Positions 38,380-44,334 of a DNA stretch of 64,000 nt are shown here, piece after piece. Origin of the DNA: an uncultured Bacilli bacterium (GTDB lineage: Bacteria; Bacillota_I; Bacilli_A; RF39; UBA660); NCBI GenBank assembly GCA_910589375.1, contig CAJUTK010000002.1:437651-501650 (forward strand). The letters run 5' to 3'. The notes under the pieces are model-generated. The model saw only the letters and a program-made list of their open reading frames with translations. It was not told the origin of the DNA and did not search any database. The position numbers and the translations under genes were made by a program. The stretch's first letter is position 1. Every line of letters starts with the position of its first letter.

Positions 38380-39102
38380 ATGATAGATATTCACTCTCAT
38401 ATCCTATATGGAATAGATGATGGATCTACTGATATTGAAGAAAGTATTGAAATCATAAAAAGATTAAAGCAAATAGGCTTTCATAAAATTATAGCAACAC
38501 CACATTACATAGATAATACAGAATATGTAACTGGTAACAAAAAGAAAAAAGAAATACTAAATAAGTTAAAAAAAGGATTAAAAATATCTCAAATTGAAAT
38601 AGATTTATATTTAGGAAATGAAATCTATTTAAGTGAAGATATACTTGGAAAAATTACTGCTAAAAAAATAAGTACTATGAACGATAGTAATTATTTATTA
38701 ATAGAACTTCCATTATCAGAAAAAGTTGGTCATGCATTAGACATGCTCACAAATATCCAATGCAAAGGCTATCATATTATTCTCGCTCATCCTGAAAGAT
38801 ATAGAATCTTTCAGGAAAATCCTGATAAATTAAATGAATATATAGAATCTGGAATTCTATTACAAGGAAATATTGCTTCACTAGACGGAAGATATGGCCA
38901 AAAAGCAAAAAAGCTATGTAAAAAACTGTTGAAAAAAAGAAATTATTTTGCAATGGCAAGTGACGTTCATAGAAGTCAATCTAAATTCTTTGATAACTTT
39001 GAAAAGTTAAAGAAAAAGATAATTAAATTGACTGATGAAAATTATTTTAGACAAATTTTTGTGGAGAATCCCGAAAAGATATTGAACAATGAAAATATTT
39101 AA
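38380..39102 (+). CDS. CpsB/CapC-type PHP-family protein-tyrosine phosphatase
   Basis: MIDIHSHILYGIDDGS, TPHY and AHPERY motifs. Confidence 0.9.
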   Translation: MIDIHSHILYGIDDGSTDIEESIEIIKRLKQIGFHKIIATPHYIDNTEYVTGNKKKKEILNKLKKGLKISQIEIDLYLGNEIYLSEDILGKITAKKISTMNDSNYLLIELPLSEKVGHALDMLTNIQCKGYHIILAHPERYRIFQENPDKLNEYIESGILLQGNIASLDGRYGQKAKKLCKKLLKKRNYFAMASDVHRSQSKFFDNFEKLKKKIIKLTDENYFRQIFVENPEKILNNENI

Positions 39103-39175
39103 AATTCCAAGATTTTAAATATTTTTTTAATTTTTAGAAAAATATATGGTATCCTTATAATAGGGGAGGACTATT

Positions 39176-39262
39176 ATGAGAGTACTACTAATTACATTTA
39201 TTTTATTTATTGCTGTTTTTCTTTATGCTTGCTGTGTTGTTGCAAGCAAAACAGATAAATGA
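39176..39262 (+). CDS. possible 28-aa small membrane peptide
   Basis: Not in the ORF track. ATG preceded by GGGGAGGA RBS at 7-nt spacing. The peptide MRVLLITFILFIAVFLYACCVVASKTDK is one TM helix with a Cys pair. Confidence 0.35.
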   Translation: MRVLLITFILFIAVFLYACCVVASKTDK

Positions 39263-39286
39263 TTATATAGAAAAAGGAGAAACATT

Positions 39287-39910
39287 ATGAGAAAAGAAAT
39301 AGAAATTACTAGATTGGTAAATCAACAAAACCCACTTGACAGAGAAGATATGCCTCTAGAATTAGCTATAACAGATCAAAATGAAAATAACTTTCATGAA
39401 TATGTTGATCCAACTTTAAAACCTATGATTGATAAAAGAATTTTTTCCGCACTGCAAGAATTACAAATGCATGCTAAAAAAGATGGTTTTAGCTTTATAG
39501 TGGATAGCGGATATCGTTCTTATGACTATCAGCAACAAGTACTAGACAGTTTTATTCAAAAGAAAGGATTAGACTATGCCAAAAAGTATGTTGCTCCACC
39601 TGGAACTTCAGAACATCAAACAGGACTTGCTATTGATTTTGCATCTTTTCAAGATGGCAAATATCAAGAAGCATTAACAGAAAAAGAAATAGAGTGGTTA
39701 CAAAATAATGCGCATAGATTTGGGTTTATTTTAAGGTATCCGAAAGGAAAAGAGAGTATTACTGGTTATAACTATGAGCCTTGGCATTATCGATATGTCG
39801 GTGACCTTTCTTACATTCTATATAATTTTGACATAACCTTAGAAGAGTATTATTTGAAGAAAGAATATTATGACTCCCATAAGAGAGAAAAGAAAAAAGT
39901 AATACAATAA
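39287..39910 (+). CDS. VanY-type D-alanyl-D-alanine carboxypeptidase (peptidase M15B)
   Basis: SGYRSYDYQ, SEHQTGLAID and EPWHYRYVG zinc-ligand motifs. Confidence 0.9.
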   Translation: MRKEIEITRLVNQQNPLDREDMPLELAITDQNENNFHEYVDPTLKPMIDKRIFSALQELQMHAKKDGFSFIVDSGYRSYDYQQQVLDSFIQKKGLDYAKKYVAPPGTSEHQTGLAIDFASFQDGKYQEALTEKEIEWLQNNAHRFGFILRYPKGKESITGYNYEPWHYRYVGDLSYILYNFDITLEEYYLKKEYYDSHKREKKKVIQ

Positions 39911-39920
39911 ATTAGTATTA

Positions 39921-39949
39921 AAAGAAGAATATTTTTTCTTCTTTTTTTA
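39921..39949 (+). terminator. intrinsic terminator
   Basis: AAGAAGAA/TTCTTCTT stem followed by a T-run. Confidence 0.75.
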
Positions 39950-39972
39950 TATGATAAAGTAACGGTGATACT

Positions 39973-40710
39973 ATGAATAAAGTAGCATTTATAACTACCT
40001 CCTTAGCTGGAATTTCTACTATATTAGGATTCTTTGTATTATGGATAAAAAATCAAGAAAACATTGTTGCTAAAGCACTTGGCTTTTCTTCTGGAGTTTT
40101 ACTATTTGTATCCATATTTGATTTAATTCCAAGTTCTTTTTCTTATTTTAAGAAATCCTTTATATCTGGATTCAACATTCTATTTTGTATTCTCTTTTTA
40201 TTACTTGGAATACTACTATCTACTATTATGAATGAGAGTGTACAAAAAAGAGTGGGGGATAGTAGTTCTCTCTATCAAATCGGAATACTATCTATGTTAG
40301 CAATTATTCTTCACAATATACCAGAGGGAATTATTACTTATCTAACCACTACCATGGAGTATAAAGCTGGAATCTTTTTAGCGCTTTCCATTGCTTGTCA
40401 TAATATACCAGAAGGAATCTGTATAGCTATCCCTATCTATTACTCTACCAATAGCAAGTGGAAATCATTTAAAATGGTACTATTATCAGCACTTTCAGAG
40501 CCACTTGGAGCACTAATCGCTGCCTTATTCTTTCAAGAGAGACTATCAGATATGATGATTGCTATTTTTCTAGCGCTAGTAGCTGGAATTATGATTTCAT
40601 TAGCGTTATTGGATATTTTACCAGAAGCTAAGAATTACTCTTTAAAACATACTTTTATGTACTTTTGCATAGGCTTTGGAGTATTACTCTTATCTCATTT
40701 ACTATTCTAA
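39973..40710 (+). CDS. zupT: ZIP-family zinc transporter
   Basis: Eight TM segments and a twice-repeated HNIPEG motif. Confidence 0.85.
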   Translation: MNKVAFITTSLAGISTILGFFVLWIKNQENIVAKALGFSSGVLLFVSIFDLIPSSFSYFKKSFISGFNILFCILFLLLGILLSTIMNESVQKRVGDSSSLYQIGILSMLAIILHNIPEGIITYLTTTMEYKAGIFLALSIACHNIPEGICIAIPIYYSTNSKWKSFKMVLLSALSEPLGALIAALFFQERLSDMMIAIFLALVAGIMISLALLDILPEAKNYSLKHTFMYFCIGFGVLLLSHLLF

Positions 40711-40726
40711 TAGAATGTGATAAAAT
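40698..40726 (+). promoter_or_regulatory. extended -10 promoter positioned for a leaderless AlkD-like mRNA
   Basis: TTTACT, a 17-nt spacer, TGaTAAAAT ending at 40726. ATG 40733 lies 7 nt downstream and has no Shine-Dalgarno sequence. Confidence 0.4.
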
Positions 40727-40732
40727 GAAACC

Positions 40733-41443
40733 ATGGAAACAGTTTGGAATAAGAAGAAATATCAAAGCTTTATAAAAGAGTTAGAAAAATTAGGAGATAA
40801 ACAATATAAACAATTTACTTCTAACTTAGGAATTAATAAAGACTATTTAATTGGAGTAAGAACTCTTGAACTAAAAAAAATAGCCAAAGCTATTAGTAAA
40901 GAAGATTATTTAAATTTTATAAAATTAAATACTCATAATACTTATGAAGAAAGATTAGTTCATGGGCTTTTAATTGGATATATAAAAACAGATTTTGATA
41001 CTGTAAAAGCTTTATTATGGGAATTTATACCCCATATTGATAATTGGGCTTTATGTGACATTACAATCGCTAATTTGCATATCTGGAGCAACTATACTAA
41101 AGAAGGCTTTTTATTCGTAAAAAAGTGCTTAAATAGTGAAAATGAATGGTATCAGCGAGTAGGATTTATCATTTTATTAAATTACTATATTAATGATGAA
41201 TATATTGATCAAATATTGGATATATGCAACCATTATAAAACAGAACAATATTATGTAAAAATGGCTATTGCTTGGCTAATATCTATCTGCTATATTAAAC
41301 AAAAAGATAAAACATTATATTTTTTAAAAAGCAATAACATGAATTATTGGATACAAAATAAAAGTATTCAAAAAATAAGAGAATCTACTAGAGTTAGTAA
41401 AATAGAAAAGGATGAATTATTAAAATGGAAAAAGAAGCAGTAA
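40733..41443 (+). CDS. DNA alkylation repair protein (AlkD-like HEAT-repeat family)
   Basis: DNWALCD motif and helical-repeat composition; 236 aa. Confidence 0.7.
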   Translation: METVWNKKKYQSFIKELEKLGDKQYKQFTSNLGINKDYLIGVRTLELKKIAKAISKEDYLNFIKLNTHNTYEERLVHGLLIGYIKTDFDTVKALLWEFIPHIDNWALCDITIANLHIWSNYTKEGFLFVKKCLNSENEWYQRVGFIILLNYYINDEYIDQILDICNHYKTEQYYVKMAIAWLISICYIKQKDKTLYFLKSNNMNYWIQNKSIQKIRESTRVSKIEKDELLKWKKKQ

Positions 41444-41700
41444 TTGAAAAAATAGAATATCAACCAAAAGGGGTTTGTTCAAATAACATGTTAATAGAAA
41501 TAGAAGGGGAGACCATCAAAAGGGTAGAGATAGCAGGGGGATGTCCTGGTAATACATTAGGTGTATCAAAATTGTGTGTTGGCAAAAGCATTAATGAAGT
41601 AATTGAATTACTACATGGCATACCTTGTAGAAATAGAGGGACATCATGCCCAGATCAATTAGCTAAAGCATTAATAGAATATAAAAAAAGAAACATTTAA
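41425..41700 (+). CDS. TSCPD-domain protein (TIGR03905-like)
   Basis: 91 aa with GGCPGN and GTSCPDQLA motifs. Confidence 0.8.
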   Translation: MEKEAVIEKIEYQPKGVCSNNMLIEIEGETIKRVEIAGGCPGNTLGVSKLCVGKSINEVIELLHGIPCRNRGTSCPDQLAKALIEYKKRNI

Positions 41701-41722
41701 TTTGTCTCTCAAGGAGTTTTAT

Positions 41723-42148
41723 ATGAAAAAGAAGAAAAAAGAAAATTATAATAATATTATTGATTTATATAATGAATTAATTTATGAATACTATAATAAT
41801 GTTAAAACAAAGTTTAATAAAAATACATTAAGCACAAAATGTAATGTCTCACTAAAATTAGTAAATGAATTAATAAAGCATTTATACAAAAAAGGATATA
41901 TTTCTTATTCATCAGTATTTAGTAATGACTTTACTTTAACCTATGAAGGATTACTCTACCTAGAAAGTATAGTACAAGATAAAAAAGCAAGAAATAGAGA
42001 TTTAATTGTCATGTTTTTTTCTATGATAGCAATAATAATATCTATTGCTCCATTACTTTTAGAAAATATTTACTATGGTATTGGATTACTAATTTTAATA
42101 TATTCAGCATTTAAATGGGCATTTAATAATATTGGTGGGATAAAATAG
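41723..42148 (+). CDS. hypothetical membrane protein
   Basis: The AAGGAG RBS favours ATG 41723. Soluble N-terminal ~95 aa, then two TM helices. Confidence 0.55.
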   Translation: MKKKKKENYNNIIDLYNELIYEYYNNVKTKFNKNTLSTKCNVSLKLVNELIKHLYKKGYISYSSVFSNDFTLTYEGLLYLESIVQDKKARNRDLIVMFFSMIAIIISIAPLLLENIYYGIGLLILIYSAFKWAFNNIGGIK

Positions 42149-42440
42149 ATAGGAAATAGTCTCCAAATAAGAAGTTAACATAATATACATTATAGGTAAT
42201 TATAATAAATAATTTATTATATATAATTCATCATACTTTAATCCAATATCCATTCTTTAATTATAAATAATATGCTTTTCGTTTTAATCTTAATAATTAT
42301 GATTTCAATAATCATTTTAAAAAATTTAAATAAAGTTTTCAAATAATTATTTTAATTTATAATTAATTTTCTTAAATTGATTATAATAATATTCATTATA
42401 AATATATAAATTTAGATGGTTAGTTCTTCAGTTAATCTTT

Positions 42441-42454
42441 TCTCGATGCAAAAT
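42441..42454. repeat. 14-nt repeat, copy 1 (TCTCGATGCAAAAT)
   Basis: Exact direct repeat of 42557-42570 and inverted relative to 42518-42531. Confidence 0.9.
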
Positions 42455-42517
42455 ACAGCACCATTTTATGCCATAGTCCCCTACTAAAAGATTTAAACAA
42501 AAAAGGGGGCTTGTTCA

Positions 42518-42531
42518 ATTTTGCATCCGAG
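42518..42531. repeat. inverted copy of the 14-nt repeat (ATTTTGCATCCGAG)
   Basis: Its reverse complement matches 13 nt of copies 1 and 3, with one extra base. Confidence 0.9.
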
Positions 42532-42556
42532 GTAATTAACTCATCATCTATTCATA

Positions 42557-42570
42557 TCTCGATGCAAAAT
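42557..42570. repeat. 14-nt repeat, copy 3 (TCTCGATGCAAAAT)
   Basis: Exact direct repeat of 42441-42454. Confidence 0.9.
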
Positions 42571-42676
42571 TCAAATGTCAATTTTTCAAAATTAATATAC
42601 TATATCTTATATTTGTATATTGTATATAGTTTTTAACAATAATATTGGGATCTAGCTTTCTGATCCTAATAATACT

Positions 42677-42707
42677 AAAAAGTAGGGTAGCCTCCCCTAC
42701 TTTTCTG
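42677..42707. terminator. bidirectional intrinsic terminator
   Basis: A-run, GTAGGG/CCCTAC stem and T-run. It sits 27 nt beyond the stop of the minus-strand Tim44-like gene. Confidence 0.7.
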
Positions 42708-42733
42708 TAATCCCAACAATAGGGGATTTATCA

Positions 42734-43441
42734 TTAGAAATTTATAATCTTTTTTATAGAAGCAATTCTAAAGTCTACATTATTAATTACAGTATTACAA
42801 AATTCACATTTCTCACTTGAAATAGGTGCCCCACAATTTGGACAATTAGTAGGGGTATCATCACCAAAGTTTTTTCTAAAGATTACTTCAAAACTTTCAG
42901 TAATTTTAGAATCTTTGTTACCACTAATAATTTTGCCATCGCCATTTTCTACATAACTAATATAACTAATAGTAATCACAGTAGAGACTGCTTGTTTAAT
43001 AGTAGTACTAATAGTTTCAAAAACAATAACCTTTTCCCTAGTAATATCTTTTATAATACGCTTATTCCCCTGCTTTAAATCTAAAGTAAGACCTGTATGA
43101 TAATTTTGAAATAATTGTTTAGTACTAAGTAACTTCATTGTATTATAGTCTAAATTATTATAAGCCATTTCAAAATCATAAAATAAATTATAAAAATAAT
43201 CTTTAAAACCATCTAAATCTGAAGTCTGAAAAGTAGATAGTTCTTCCATAGAAATATCCGTATATTTTACTTTTTCTTTTTCCTCTTCATAATTTATTAC
43301 ATTATTTTTAAAATAAGTCTTATTTTTGGTTCTTTTAACAGAAGAAGTAAGTGTTTTAATAATAATATAAACAACTAAAATATAAACTAAAATCTGTATT
43401 ATATATGCAATTGGAAACATTACAATCCATAAGATATCCAT
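42734..43441 (-). CDS. membrane protein with a Tim44-like domain and a C-terminal zinc ribbon
   Basis: N-terminal TM helix; central region resembling Tim44-like/SnoaL-fold proteins (FYDFEMAYNNLDYNTMKLLSTKQLFQ); CPNCGAP...CEFCNT. Confidence 0.6.
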   Translation of the reverse strand: MDILWIVMFPIAYIIQILVYILVVYIIIKTLTSSVKRTKNKTYFKNNVINYEEEKEKVKYTDISMEELSTFQTSDLDGFKDYFYNLFYDFEMAYNNLDYNTMKLLSTKQLFQNYHTGLTLDLKQGNKRIIKDITREKVIVFETISTTIKQAVSTVITISYISYVENGDGKIISGNKDSKITESFEVIFRKNFGDDTPTNCPNCGAPISSEKCEFCNTVINNVDFRIASIKKIINF

Positions 43442-43447
43442 ATTACC

Positions 43448-44233
43448 CTAGTTTCCTACTTTTCTAGATTGAATTTCAGCAATTTTTTCAAATACCTCAG
43501 AAGCATTATTTTCATTAATTTCTGTGTATCCTAATTCTTTTAAAGCTTGAACTTTAATATTATTTAATTCTAAAGTCCTACTAAGCTTATCTTCCATTTT
43601 TTGTTCAATTTGATTAATGAAACGCTTATGGCATTCTGCTAACTTAGTCTTAGAGGCTCCACCGCTATTATATAAAACAAATGCAGAATACATAATACTC
43701 TCAAAAATAAATTGTTCCTCTTCATCGAATGCAAACTCTAGAGGTTTAACAAAACCAGTTTCTTTTGCAACATAACCTAATATATACTTTAATTCTTTAG
43801 AAGAATCCATTGATTGTATAAAATGGAACAAATATTTCATTGCAGCATAATTTTTTGGATCTTTATCATCCTCTAATTTTTCTTTAATTAAATCAATGAT
43901 TCCCATCATTAATTCTTTTTCTTTTTTACCAAGCCCACTAAAAATAGAACCCGCATCAATAGAACTCAATGAAGATGGTGTATCATTACACATAGCATTA
44001 AGCCTAGTCTCTACAGCAGTAATATAATCTGTATCTATTTTAATATTGTCTAATTCATCAGCTGATTTAATTCCTAATAAATTTAATAATAATACTTTTT
44101 TATCTTTAGGCCATTTATTAATATCATCCAAATCTAGATAATTATATATCATTTGTCTAGAAACACCTAAAAACTTCGCTAATTTAACTTTTGAAATACC
44201 TAATTCATGTAAGATATCATTCAATCTGTCCAT
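43448..44233 (-). CDS. XRE-family HTH protein with an uncharacterised ~190-aa C-terminal domain
   Basis: N-terminal HTH LGISKVKLAKFLGVSRQMIYNYL; no recognisable motif in the remainder. Confidence 0.7.
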   Translation of the reverse strand: MDRLNDILHELGISKVKLAKFLGVSRQMIYNYLDLDDINKWPKDKKVLLLNLLGIKSADELDNIKIDTDYITAVETRLNAMCNDTPSSLSSIDAGSIFSGLGKKEKELMMGIIDLIKEKLEDDKDPKNYAAMKYLFHFIQSMDSSKELKYILGYVAKETGFVKPLEFAFDEEEQFIFESIMYSAFVLYNSGGASKTKLAECHKRFINQIEQKMEDKLSRTLELNNIKVQALKELGYTEINENNASEVFEKIAEIQSRKVGN

Positions 44234-44254
44234 ATCTCATACCCTCCTACTATC

Positions 44255-44282
44255 ATTATAACACTGTTATGTCAAATGTCAA
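44255..44282 (-). promoter_or_regulatory. near-consensus sigmaA promoter for the HTH/Tim44-like gene pair
   Basis: Minus-strand reading TTGACAtTTGACA...TGtTATAAT. The distal TTGACA lies 16 nt from TATAAT; GGAGGG RBS follows. Confidence 0.7.
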
Positions 44283-44334
44283 GTGTAAAGGAATAGTTAA
44301 TTATAAAATTTCATTGACAGAATTTTCATAATAA

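Larger units (their letters stand above)
42413..42550. ncRNA. candidate structured RNA or DNA element (long imperfect hairpin); strand undetermined
   Basis: Nested complementary pairs: TAGATG/CATCTA, GTTAAT/ATTAAC, CTCGATGCAAAAT/ATTTTGCATCCGAG and GTCCCCT/AGGGGGC. There is no ORF with an RBS. Confidence 0.25.

Noticed and set aside
12883-38959. Other short antisense or out-of-frame ORFs from the track (for example 12883-13104, 15589-15795, 16665-16898, 19851-20099, 24198-24395, 27799-28168, 28441-29052, 31642-32051, 32646-33270, 33469-33687, 37330-37593, 38022-38249, 38777-38959)
   Set aside because: Each is nested in a confidently assigned gene on the other strand or frame. None has its own RBS, promoter or recognisable motif.
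42272-42346. 24-codon hydrophobic ORF (MLFVLILIIMISIIILKNLNKVFK) in the AT-rich gap, superficially like a type I toxin
   Set aside because: There is no Shine-Dalgarno sequence or identifiable promoter. In near-pure A/T sequence, Phe/Ile/Leu/Lys-rich ORFs arise by chance. It was kept out of the feature list.
42441-42570. Possible CRISPR array or invertible promoter formed by the 14-nt repeats
   Set aside because: There are only three copies, one of them inverted, with unequal spacers (63 and 25 nt). No cas genes or invertase/recombinase lie nearby. It is reported instead as a structured element of unknown role.
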